DNA from: Utricularia gibba | Taxonomy: Eukaryota; Plantae; Magnoliophyta | Direction: 5' to 3' | NCBI GenBank assembly: GCA_002189035.1 | Contig: NEEC01000007.1 | Span: 806,001 to 870,000, forward strand | DNA: 64,000 nucleotides | Shown: piece after piece, positions 13,108 to 25,170 of the stretch | How the letters are laid out: each line of letters opens with the position of its first letter | Numbering within the stretch: the stretch's first letter is position 1 | Position numbers and translations under genes: made by a program | Notes under the pieces: generated by a model | Told to the model about the DNA's origin: nothing | The model's database searches: none | Seen by the model: the letters and a program-made list of their open reading frames with translations, nothing else

Positions 13108-15251
13108 ATGACTGTTCTTGGCGCTATGGCAAATCACTGGTTCGTCTTTTTCTTGTGCACGTTCTTGGCGCTATGGCATCAGGGCCACTGCGTTCAACTC
13201 GTCGATATTCAATACGTCAAAGAAGCAGCTAGCAAAGGCGCAGGTTTGCCTCTAATTTTTCGATCATCAACTCCATGTTTGGATGTATTACCGGTAATGC
13301 TTCGACACGCAGTTTGCTTGGATGGAAGCCCGGCGGCGTACTATTTTGCTCCCGGATCCGGAGAGGGGATCAACAACTGGATTGTTATGCTAGAGGTGGT
13401 GCCACGCTTTAGGGTTATGTGAAAAAAGTACATTTAATTCGGACGCGTGAAGTGGAATTTGCAGGGCGGCGGATGGTGCACCTGCGATGGTGGTTGCGAT
13501 TACCGACGAAAGATAATTGTCGGAAGCTCTTACTTGCACCTGAAAACGTTGACGTTTGCGGACATGTATGATAACAACCCTAAGTATAATCCAGGTAGGG
13601 TAGCCACTTTAGTTTCTAAGTGATTCTGATAAAATGTTTTGGAAGTTGAAGTGGGAATCTGATGGAAGATTCAGGAAAGGATTTCATCACCTTGATGATT
13701 GAAATCTTGTGTTGTTTGGTTTCTAGAGTTCTATAATTGGAATAGGGTTTATGTGGCCTACTGCGATGGCGGTTCCTTCACCGGAGATGTGGAAGCGGTT
13801 GATCCCGTGAGTTTCTTCACCAAACTTCTCAAGTTGGATTCGTCGATAAAATTGCTGTAACATTCAGAATCCAAACTAATAGTAGCACTGTATGATCTTC
13901 AGCAAATGAACCTGACGATTAGGGGTTCAAGGATTTACAACTCGGTGATGGAGGAGGTTTTGGCGAAAGGAATGAAGGATGCCAAAAATGTACTCCACCT
14001 TCTTCATTTCTTGCTGCTTGAAACTATAGTTGTATTCCCAGAAATGTTATTCTTGAAAACAGGCGATCCTCATCGGAATATCGGCCGGCGCTCTGGCGGC
14101 GATCCTGCACTGCGATGACTTCCATGAGCTTATCCCCAACGCCGGCAGAGTTAAGTGCATTGCTGATTCCGGCTTCTTCTTCTACGGGTAAGTAGATTGT
14201 TGGGGTGTCGCCGGGAAGACATGCTTCCAATATCATAAGATCATGACGCTGTAAAAATGCTCTCTGGCAGGGAGAATCTTCTAGGAGCTTCACTGAGGAG
14301 AGAATACTACAGCAACATGTTCCACTACCATGTAATAATGTCAACTGAAACTGGATGACCATGGTTATTGTTATTTTTATCATTTTTTTGTCCTTTGCAG
14401 AATATGGGGAAGTTCATACCACAATCATGCACCTCTAAAATGGATCCTGGCTTGGTCAGCTTACTCATTTCAACTCTCTGAGCTCATCTGTTTTTGCTTT
14501 TTGTTTTTTTTTTCAATGCTGTCTGATTTGCTGGAAACCCCTCAGTGTCTTTTCCCAGAAAACCTGGTCAGCGATATCAAAACTCCAATCTTTTTGCTGG
14601 ACTCAGCTTATGACCAATACAGGGTACTCAATCATGTTCTCTTTCATTCTCTGTTCCTACAGAATATACACTTAACTAAAACTGGTCTCCTATCAGATAA
14701 AGTATCAATATATCCCTGAAGATCAGAGGCCTCAGTGGGCAAATTGCCTTGAAAACATAACCAGCTGCACAGACCAGCAGCTGTCTATGCTCCAAGGTGC
14801 GTTCTTTCAGCTTAACAACTGTTACATATCCAAGAAAACAAAACCAGGGTAAGAACATGACCAATGTGTGTCATTACTGATGACTATACTCTTGGTTACT
14901 GACGTAGAATTCCGGAAAGCCTTCATGGAGTCGTTGCAGAAACTCCAGCCCTCTTCTTCTCGGGGATTCTTTGTTCACAACTGCTACCTCCATGGCCATG
15001 TGTACTTCCCGGACTACTGGAGGTGCAAGCGGGTTGCCGGCGACACGGTAAAACTACGGTCGATGCGATTCCGGATGCATGTGGATAGATTTTTCTGAAA
15101 CGCGAATGTTACCTTTCCCGTTGTGCAGACGATTGCGAGGATGATCGGCGATTGGTATTACGATCGGAAATCGATCCAGATAATCATGCCTCCTGGAAAC
15201 CCTCAAAACTGCAGCGTTCCCGTGACGGAAAGTTGTCTGCCTGATGAGTGA
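13108..15251 (+). CDS. PAE: Pectin acetylesterase (PAE/NOTUM family), multi-exon; apparent 1-nt deletion at 13509-13510
   Basis: Signal peptide, then [41 protein letters not shown] (GxSxG), CLFPENL, SAYD and IGDWYYDR. All exons join at GT-AG sites. Exon 3 needs one extra A (CGA AAG ATA) to avoid TAA at 13513. Confidence 0.93.
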
Positions 15252-17877
15252 GCTTATTGAAGTAGGGTATTGAATACCATTGGTATATTATTCAAGGGCA
15301 TTTATTAAAAATAAATGTAAAAAAATAGTGATGAATAGTTTCAATCTTTCGGGTTTGGTAGATAGTTTAATAATATTTTTGAATTATTTAATTTTAAAAT
15401 AATTTAAGATAAATTAAAATCATATCCGTAAGTTTATTGAAAATTGATGAGATACTAGGTTTTATATTAAACAGTATATTTATTTTCAATTTAATTTTTC
15501 TACTCTTTATTTTAGAATAAATATAAAATCACAATGTGAATATTTTTTAATTACAAAATATATCACATCGAAAATCGAAATACATCTATCAAACACATCC
15601 TAAATCTAAAACTATTAAAAAAAATTCAAAATAAATTATATTCTCATGAATTTTAATATATATTATTATATTAATATCATTTCAAATTATGATTTGCATT
15701 GTTTCGACAGTAGACCTTGGCCTTCTGTGGCTACCGAACTTTATGCTATGGGCCATGAACAAAGGGCCGATTATATTACTACGAGAGCACATTATTGGGC
15801 TTCTGTGGGCCCAACAGCCGCTTCTTCCTCCACACACTTTTTCATAATTGAAATTAAAATTTGTTAAAAAATTGGAATAGTTCAAAATTTGCATATATTT
15901 AATTTATTAAATAAGTTTTAATTGTCGTATAAAACTACATAACACAAAGTAAATCAAACACAGTATTGTATTATCCATCAAAAAAAGTTTACATTAAAAT
16001 TAATTAGTCAAATATGGTCAACGAAAGAGTTCAAATTATTTGCATATTGTGTAGAGTTATTGGAGATGGCTCTTACCCGAAGAAGTGATAATAAAAAACA
16101 TTTTTTATTCCAACTAAGACCTCGAAAATTGTAGAGTGACACACCGTACGATGCTCCATAAATTTGATGTTTTGCAGTGCGATTGGAGGAAGTGAATAGA
16201 CTCCGGAGTAGGGTTTCGTATAAAGAAGGGGTGAGGGCAGTTCAGCGTCCAGGGCCGTACTGATTGGGGAAGAGGTAGGGTTTAGTGTCGGAAATCGATC
16301 GAGCACGAATTTTTTTTTGTTTCCTTTTTTCTGAGGAATGTAGAGTTGAAATCGAACTTAGAGCCCTAGAAGAAGGCCGGTTTGGTTTAAGTGGCACAAG
16401 CAAATGCACATTGCATCACACTTGTGAAATCGATTCCATCACATGATGAGAGGGAGGGGAGGAAGGTTTTTGTTTGGGGGTGAAGTTGAGGAATGGGTGC
16501 GTAACTGTGGCACATGTATCTGAAAAGTATGGAGAAACAAGGATGTGATTATTGAGGGTAAAAGGAAGTGGTAGGGGCAAGGGGTGGGATCGTGGGATAA
16601 CCCCATTTGTCCAGTAGGAGCCTGAGCCCCAAGTGCACCCACCGCCAGGGGGCACATGTGAAGCAAAGCATGCAATCAATGAATGAAGGAAAGGGGACGA
16701 ATCCTCTGCTGTGCTGCTTCGAAAAACGGGCACTCTGCTCCAACACACCCCACTGTAGTCTGTACCTTTCAAACCAAACCCCATGATCAGTCATACCCGG
16801 CTTGACCCCTTCTGGATCACTATTACTATCAACAGGGGAATTGGAAACCAGAATTACACGTTTTGGAAGTATAAACTAAACCCCTCTCTAATCCAAGTCG
16901 TTTTGATTCCGAAAGTATTTTATTACCAAGTTGTGATGCTATTGCTACGCACGTCGTCTGATTTAAAGTTGATTTATCCTGCTGAGAGCCTGGGAACATG
17001 TGCATTATGGTACAACTGACCGCATCGCAGACTCATTTATGGATTCCCGCATCACGAATTCATCAGAAAATGGTTGGTTTTAGAGAGCGAACAACCATAG
17101 TGTGTCTCTCTCCCACCTTAAAGTATGTCGTATCGTATAGCAAGTGGACGGACGGACTCCTGATGCCATTCTCTATACATTCAATCCATGATAAAAGATG
17201 GAGATAGACGCAAAAGAACACCTGTAAGCCTGCAACTTGCAAGTCGAGGAGGCTTCCTAAAGTTGTTTGAGAAACGACCAAGATTCAGCCACGTCGACTT
17301 TCTTGAAAGAATGGCTGGTTGAAAAATAACTTGGACAGGTAGATAGGTATTGGAAGAACATTTGTTTCAAGGATGAGGGCTTTTTTCTGGTCGGGGGCAT
17401 GGTCTTTGCCAGTTAGGGAAACTGTGAAGCACCACACCACGAGAGCCCACAGGCACTTGTCGCTCTCGATCTTAGATTTGTAGATAACATGATGGTCTCC
17501 TTCTTTAACATTTTTTAACATTCCATCATGTTCATATTCATCCCAGAATTCCTCTGGTGCGAGATCTGAAATGCAATAACAGGCTTAGATCAACACAGCC
17601 ATGGATGTGTTAACAAATTTAGGGAATTGATTTTTTAAGAAACAGTTTTCTCCAAACTTGTTTTTTTCCCCTTTCTGGAGTACTGTGAGCAGAATATAAA
17701 CTGTTAAAGTCACTTGTATTGCTGGTAGGTTTTTCCATTTCCCCCCTTTTTCCAACAGCTCATAGTCGGAGTCGGGAATGAGAATAACTCTGTGATGTCA
17801 CTGTTGCTACTGTTATCCTTTCCGTTTCCCCTTTTAACATTTAACCATTAAAAAACGAAAAAAAGCAAAAAAATGTC

Positions 17878-17884
17878 TATAAAA
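17878..17884 (+). promoter_or_regulatory. TATA box of the MIR319 locus
   Basis: CTATAAAAAA about 160 bp upstream of the hairpin, followed by a pyrimidine-rich leader. Confidence 0.55.
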
Positions 17885-18037
17885 AACCTCCTCTTGCTCA
17901 TACCGACACTTAACACAACTAGGGTTCGCTTCTCTTGCTAGGGATCTGAAGAGCATCAGCCGCGCCTGCTGTGTTTGAGGTGAAGTATCTTTTGCTTGTT
18001 AAATATGGTAATCTAATTGTGATCTGGAGTTTGTGGA

Positions 18038-18226
18038 TCTGGGGCGAGAGAGAGCTTTCTTCAGTTCAACCATGGGGGAAGTTGGATCCAAGTTGCTGCC
18101 GAGCCATTCTTACAACTGCTGAACGAGCAAAGGCGCTTCGTTCCGCAGCTGATTGAATGAAGCGGGAGTCAATTTGGATCTTACTGTTCTTGTACTTGGA
18201 CTGAAGGGAGCTCCCTCCTCTCCAAG
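18038..18226 (+). ncRNA. MIR319: MIR319 precursor; mature miR319 UUGGACUGAAGGGAGCUCCCU at 18196-18216, star arm at about 18049-18069
   Basis: Exact 21-nt match to the canonical miR319 sequence. The 5' arm AGAGAGCTTTCTTCAGTTCAA pairs with it with one mismatch and three G-U pairs. The conserved loop-proximal segments GCTGCCGAGCCATTC and TGAATGAAGCGGGAG of miR159/319 long hairpins are present. Confidence 0.96.
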
Positions 18227-19010
18227 ACATGGTAAGATTTCCACCAAACACTATGAACCATGGATCTGACAAACGTGTGCTTCAAAGGGAAGTTGCCATG
18301 ATTCCCTGCTGAGTGTTGAATCTGATAGATTACTTCACGCCTTCTGGATAGTGCGTGTCATACTGTTAGGCAGCAAGTCCCGAAGCATTTCTCATTGGAA
18401 CTACCAAAGCCTCAGGATGCGCGGTGTTATCCACCGGACTAAAGGAGATGCAAACAAAACGAATCGATTAAATGACCCCTCTGAGTGTCTCAGCATGCAA
18501 CTCTTGAGCTGCGCCTCATATTTACTTCTACAGTTTGACTAGAATTCCCAGTAGTTGAACGACTTGTTGAGTTATTTCTGTTTCTTGGAACGTTTGCTTG
18601 ATATTACAACCAGTTACGATTTCCTCGTTGTAAGAAATAAATCAGAGCCGCGGAATGGGAGAATCCGGTGCCTTTTGTTTTTCTACTGCGCCGCATGTTC
18701 TAACGAAAACCTAATTTTTGTTCCATGATGTTGTCTGAACGAACTACAAGGTGCAATTTTTTCATACTCCATACAAAATATGGAGTAATGAAATTTAGGG
18801 TTTAGGAATAAATTTAAGAAGGATGAATGAATTACTTATTATTTATGTGGTCATTCAAGAAATGGAGATGTAAAATACAATAGAAAATATATGAAAATTA
18901 TTTTAGAACAATAAAAAATAAAAGTGAAAATTGCTAATAAAAAACTTTAATACAGTTTGATAAGAGTGTAGGTAAAGAAACTATGGGTTATATTGATGTT
19001 GCAGATTTTG

Positions 19011-21174
19011 TCATCCCTCAGATGCTACAACGAAAGTTTTTGTGCGAGACTTTGATCCTTTGGTATTCCTTCTTGCCTCAAACAGCTTTGCTTCCAAGCT
19101 GTTCTCCTTTAAGTCTGGAGGCAATCTTGAAGATGGCTTCAAGGTATCATTCTCATTGGATGGTAGCTTCCCTGTCCATCTGCGAACCGGACTCGGCGCG
19201 TTCCTCCGAGTGAACGATGTGGAAGCTGGATAACCATCACTGGGAGCCTTCCAGTTTCTCAGTTCTCGTAGGGAATGTCGAGTGTTGAATGAATTATCGA
19301 ATGCGTGATTCGAATCCACACAATCGGTTATGCTACAAGTCTCTTGTTTCCCCTTTTTGTGATCCTGTAAATGCTCATCCGAATGGAGGTTTTCATCTTG
19401 CTGTAGGGATTCGGAGTTCATCTGCGGAGCTGGAAAGTTCCCAGCTGTCTTCAGTCCCTTCTGATCCGTTGTTTCATTGCTGCGAATGGTCTTGGAGTTC
19501 ATCATGTCATCTCTCGTTTTTTCAAGTTCAAGGAGGTTTGAATCGCTGTGCAGAGGATCAGCATCATTGCGTTCATCAGCTGCTATAAGTGGTGCCGTCT
19601 CAGGAAGCTGCCGCCTGAAGGTGGGATCATGGCTTGAGACCAAGGCTTGGATTTCATGTCGCAGTTTCTCCACTGCAGAGCTCTTTCCATCGTGGGTGAT
19701 CGACAACTTAATCTGCATTCGTTCATCAAGCCAAGACTCTGCAACATGAAGAAGTAACTGATCAAGATCACTTCCCCCTCTCCAGTTTTTATCAGATCTC
19801 TGCCTGAGGAAATGCATTTTCTTTTCGTAATCTTTTATACCAATAGCAAATGCATCGCATAGTTCTTCCAGTAGCCCTTTGATCTTCTTTCGTTCTCCAG
19901 TTCTTCAGACACACCCATTAGAGCTGATCTCACACCATCAACCTCTCTTGCCAACTTTCTGTTAAAATCTTCGATGCGGTTCCTGATCTTAATGGACTGA
20001 GCAGGCTTACGCATTGCTTCTTGGAATTTGGTTGTTCTTATGTGCTTCACCAATTCATCCAATTCTTGATGATCCGCATGCTGTTCTCTTAGTAAAGACT
20101 TTATCTTCGAACGAGCCACATCCAATTCTTTCTTCAATCCCCTGACGACTACAGCATTTGAAGACTGCTGCTCTTCCAGCCTCCATATGCGGTTCACAAC
20201 TGTAAGACGTTCAGCAGATGTTCTTAAGGTATGAGTCGTCTCCCTGTCTGTTCTTTCTGATTCTGCAGAGCTCAAGGGCGACATTGCAGGGTTATAAGGT
20301 GGAATCTGCATACCAGAATCATAAATTCTCAGAAACCTCAACCAGTAAAGAATCATTTACAATTTTCAGCTAATACGCTTGATGCATAATTCAAGCACAT
20401 CATCACATACAGTGAAGAAAACTCAGGGATTGCAGCACTTCACACAGGCAGTTAGACATTCAAGCAATCACATAAGCTCATGATCATATGAAGAGCAAGT
20501 GAAATCTCACCTCTATTGATCTACGATGATTGTATGGAACTGCTACTTGCACATGGTGTGTACTACCATGAGATTGATGATGCCCTGTTCGCTGTGGGAT
20601 TCCAAATGAATGCCTCTTCGAACTATCCAAATTTTCCACCTCAGATTGGAAAAAAAGATACCATCTCAGTGTTAAAGGACAATCTTTTTTACATCATGGC
20701 TTGATCAGGTAAGCATGAATGTAGTATTGTCGAGATTAATTACGAGAGCCGCATGCCAGGTTACACTACATAACAATCACATAATCTAGAACATGGGTGT
20801 TTTTCACAGTTTCAAGATGATACGGTTTCTAATACCAGTTTAGAAGGAGAGCAGGGGTGAAGGTCAGTCTTCCGCCGTCGCGGAAGATGATCCGCATCCG
20901 TCATTCTTCGAAGAGGGCGTTTGTAGTGATTGAGCTCCCAAACGGCGGCAGCAAGTTTCCTCGCAGAAACAAGGGAAACCATAAAGGCGCCGCCTTTAGA
21001 ATCACCCACTGCCACTTTATCTCCGGGAATTCCACCATGGGTGTTAACTGAATCGTAATCTATGGGCTTCCAGATCGACGAAACTGGAGTGAATTGCCCA
21101 CCCCTTTTACCTGCTTCGATCAAATTCACTCCAAAAATCTCAGCCTTTTCTGCTTGCGGCTCCACCCTCAACAT
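19011..21174 (-). CDS. Plant coiled-coil protein of the At5g41620 / BRANCHLESS TRICHOME-like family; 3 exons; apparent 1-nt deletion at 19875-19877
   Basis: Motifs GKRGG..TP..WK, VSARKLAAAVWE, E|IPPYNP and a coiled coil (KKELDVARSKIKSLL). Restoring one nucleotide gives RRSKGLLEELCDAFAIGIKDYEKKMHFLRQ, which joins ORFs 19835-20356 and 19011-19817. Confidence 0.82.
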
Positions 21175-23296
21175 CTCCAATTCCGAACCCTTCTCGATCA
21201 CAACAAAAAACTGTTCAAAACGACGCTTTCTCTTTCACAGGTTTCACTCTCTTTCGCGTATATTTAGCGCCCCCCCTTCGATTGAGACTTGTTCAGTCAC
21301 AGAGACTTCTTTTTCTTCTCTTCCCCCCTTCTTCCCGTGTATTCTCTCCAAAAGTATAGGACGAGGTTTAAAGGCAGTCATGGGTAGCTGTAATGGCATG
21401 AAATCTGGGCCATACCTAGTACTCCGCACGACCATTGATTTTTTATGGTTCACTTTTACACCTCAGCCTTGAATTCGGAACACACTACACCAAAAATCCT
21501 TGGCCACAAACTACGGTGTTCCTTAAAATTTCCGGCAAGACTGTCTTGTATCTGGCGTAGTGTGTTCAGTAAATCCCCTGAAAAACCTGAAGACTGCCGT
21601 GGTCTATGTCTGCATATTCCCCTTAAGAATCACTCGCTGTCAGTTTCCATAGTGTGGCGCAGAAAAATATGGTCTGCGATGCCACACATAAAATGCGTTG
21701 TAACATCAACTAAAGGCATTGTTGTTGGATTGGATCAGTAAAAAAAAGTGTCCCCCAATGAACTGAGAGGTTTCTTGAATCGTCGTCAATGGCGGATTTA
21801 ACAACCATTCCCGAATGGTCACTCGACTACGCATTCAATAACAGAGCCCACGCGGTCCCTTGTGGCCTGGCCCCCTGGTCGGGGCCATTTCCAAATACCT
21901 TCATCTCTTTTCACACATGATGCATGGATTCATCGATTCACACACCGTGGACTGTGGCACCTCCATCGTACACGCCACGCAACCACCTGTCGATTTGAGA
22001 GGTCCTCTGTGTCAGTCATCTCCAGCTCTGCAGCGTTTCCATCCATTTGATTTGTAATGCTTATCCAATAATTTTCAGTTTTATTCTCTTGAAATCACCT
22101 CAGATTACCCTTCACTGGCTTCTCTATCAGGTTCAAAGAAGGGAGACATACTGGGACAGACCTAATCATCTTCACCATGAGCAAGCTTCTGATTTAATGT
22201 CCAAGCGTCAAATGTGCAGAAAGGTATCGACTTGCCCAGCCCTGCGCGCAAGTATTGGGCTTTCTTCAGCCCCATTATGAGGCGGACACATGTGAGCCTA
22301 GGCCTCGCCCTCCATGTTGTTGCCCACCATGAGCGCTTGTCACTGCAGGGGCACCAACTTGCAGGCTTGGGAAATTGGTTTGTTTGTTTGCTTGGAAATA
22401 GTGTCCCGAGTCGTGGGCCGATCTTTGTTTCTTCTCCAAGCACTCCCTGTCTCCATCCTCAATTCGAATACAAAATAGCATCTCTGGTCCAACCCTAAAG
22501 CTCAGGCTTCCAATAATGCAACCCCCAATTTGACGTTTCCTCATCCGGGAGATGATCCCCTCCTGCAGCCAGCGCCGACGTCGACGTCACTCAGGCTCCC
22601 ATGCCATCGTGACAGGCCGGTGGTCTTTTAGACTCTTTTCTTCTTCTTTTTTTCATTACACGCTTGTTTTGGTTGAGATGGTAGTAACAGATTGAAGCGG
22701 TTGCTACATTAAAGTGTCCATAAATGAAGAAGTAGTTGGATTTGTAAGATTGGGGAGATGTCACATGACTGCGCTTTGGAACCTCCCGATCCATCCATCA
22801 CATGACTTCTGCTGACACTACCTACTACACACTAACCATTCTGTCTTGTTTTGCTGAAATCACTTGTAGACGGTTTTATCCTACTGGGAACACCTAAAGA
22901 AACATCACCAGATAGAGATGCACACTGTGAATTGTATTTCACCTTGTTAGATAATGAAAATGAGACATCTTTAGTTTCTTGTGCTCATTTTTACCTTACG
23001 CAAGTTGTTGAAAGGTCTTGCAAGTCTTTTTAGATTCGTAGGACAGAAGTTGTGAAAAAAGTTATGATCTTTCACACCAAGAACGTTTTTTTAACTCTTC
23101 ATGGGAAAGGTCTTGCAAGTTGCAGTGCACTGTGGATCCTACAACATTGCTATGGCTGGTTTTCTAACATAAACTGCATCTTGGCCGCCCCCCTGCACGT
23201 TTCACTGTGGCACGCACAAGCTTTTATTCTTTCTTTCTTCTTTTCTAGGCTTTGTGTGTCTTCCTCAGATTCACTCCTATAGTGGCTCCACCCACC

Positions 23297-24399
23297 ATGG
23301 AAGCCTTCCGTTTGCTCAAATTCTGGCGTCCCAGCGCCGCCGCCTCCTTCGACGCCGATGATGGGCCTTTCATTGACTTCAACTTCCTCCTCCCTGACCA
23401 ACAACAACAAGAAGAATGGTCACACAAAATAGCAACTGATGAGAATATTGACTCTGGGTCTGAAAATGAAGTGCATGAAACCGAAGATGAAGCCAAATTT
23501 GTCGACTGTTTCACGCATGATTCCGATAGCGATGATGTTTCTACTCCTTCCAGTGAAGTTTTAGTTAAAGGGGAGGTTCTACCAGTTGAGCCCACAGTCA
23601 TTTTGGTCAATGGGTCTGAAGAAGAAGCCACAAAAATCCCTAATTCTTTCGGCAAGTTCCGTGTGTTTCTCCCAAACTCGTGAAACCCACCGCTTCAGGG
23701 GAAAAGGGTAATGCCAAGTTCGCCGTGAAGCTTAAAGTTGATGAAGTACCGATAATTTCGTTGTTCTACAGAGAGAAGCAAAAACATCAACAGCCTGATG
23801 GATCCTCCGCAGATGAGAGAAAATTTATCACGGAAGTGGTTCAAAAGTACACCAAAATGGTGAAGCCTTTCCAAATCCGTGTACTGAGAAAGACGGCCCG
23901 AGGTTCAGACCCGCCGTCCCGCCGAGGAAAATCCGGAAACTCTAAGACACCCAATTCCAAGAAAACCCAAATGTGGAACAGTAATTTGCAAGCCGGGATA
24001 AAAGTAGTTCGTAAACATTGGGGTAAAAGCCGATCAAGTACTTGTTCAATCGCCGCCACGGCGCGGGCAAGAAATGACGGCGACGATTCGCTGCTGCAGT
24101 TACAAGAAGGAATACAAGGCGCCATTCTACATTGCAAGAAATCACTCATCACCTCTACAGGTAAAAAAGACAAAAAAGCAGTTACGATCCCTCACACCAA
24201 GAACGTTTTTTTAACCTTTATCCAACCACCCAGATGAGATTCGATGCTTTGTTTATTTTACACAGATGGGGAATCTTCGTCTTCATCTCAGGAGAAATCG
24301 GCGACAATTCCGACGCTCTCTTCCTCCGTATCGATGCAATCCAATGTCTCTGGCGACGCTGAGGAGGTGGAGGTGGATCTTCTAGCTAAGCTAGATTAG
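23297..24399 (+). CDS. MAKR: Membrane-associated kinase regulator (MAKR2-like); intron 24161-24265; apparent 1-nt deletion at 23671-23676
   Basis: MEAFRLLKFWR start, DDGPFIDF, KFRVFL, VKLKVDEVPIISLF, a basic region and the C-terminal LQEGIQGAILHCKKS typical of MAKR/BKI1-like proteins. Confidence 0.85.
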
Positions 24400-25065
24400 T
24401 GGCGTAATTAATTGCACGTGTAACTAAATTAATTAGCGTTAAGTATGGGAATAAAAGGGTCATTAAACACGTGTAGGTCAAAAGCAGTGGAATCGTGGCC
24501 ATTCTTCTTCTCTTCATTTCCTCCCTTTGAATTAATTTAAATATTTAATGCTTCAATTGGTATTCAATATTCTTTGATTCTGGGGAAACCATTTTCAACC
24601 CAATAAAGTCAAAACTATTTAATACAAAAATGGGACTTTGGATATTTATACACACACTATTTAAGGAAAATGATACATTTAATTTGATCGAGAGTTTAAT
24701 TTATTTGAATTTAAATAAATATTACGTAAATGAATTAAATTTTTAAATAATAAGGGTATTATTATAAATACGTTTATGTATGTATAATTAAAAAAACTTA
24801 AATTTATTTAGCTCATGAAGTAAATAATTTATAATACTATCTTTAAACATATCTAATCAAATATTTATATTATTATTGTTTTCGAGAATTCATGTAATAC
24901 ACTAGGAATCATTTGGACAAAGATGCAGTGGCTTTTATCATTTCTCGATAATAACTTTGTTGTACCTTGTACCTCTGTGTACCCTTCCATTATTTATAAT
25001 GGTCTCTGTCGGGAGCCCAAATAATGCAAGAGCGAGTGCGTCGCCTGTAAAAGAAAGGAGATATG

Positions 25066-25108
25066 AAAAGCCCAATAGTTTACTGGTTAGCGCTGGGCTA
25101 GGCCCAAT
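25066..25108. promoter_or_regulatory. Site II (TGGGCY) cluster upstream of SPO11-2
   Basis: AGCCCA, TGGGCT and GGCCCA lie within about 100 bp of the ATG. These motifs are typical of TCP-bound promoters of proliferation genes. Confidence 0.4.
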
Positions 25109-25170
25109 GAAAGGTGGAGATAAATATCTGGAATGAATAAGTGGAATGCCCGGAAAACCGCCTCGTCGGG

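Noticed and set aside
16270-16290. CTAAACCCT on the minus strand, identical to the plant telomerase RNA template
   Set aside because: No USE/TATA Pol III promoter upstream and no G-rich 5' end or CCCACCCC 3' end; better explained as a telo-box.
16443-16523. ATGATGA...CTGA spacing like a C/D-box snoRNA
   Set aside because: Weak terminal stem and no recognisable rRNA-complementary guide; such box pairs arise by chance.
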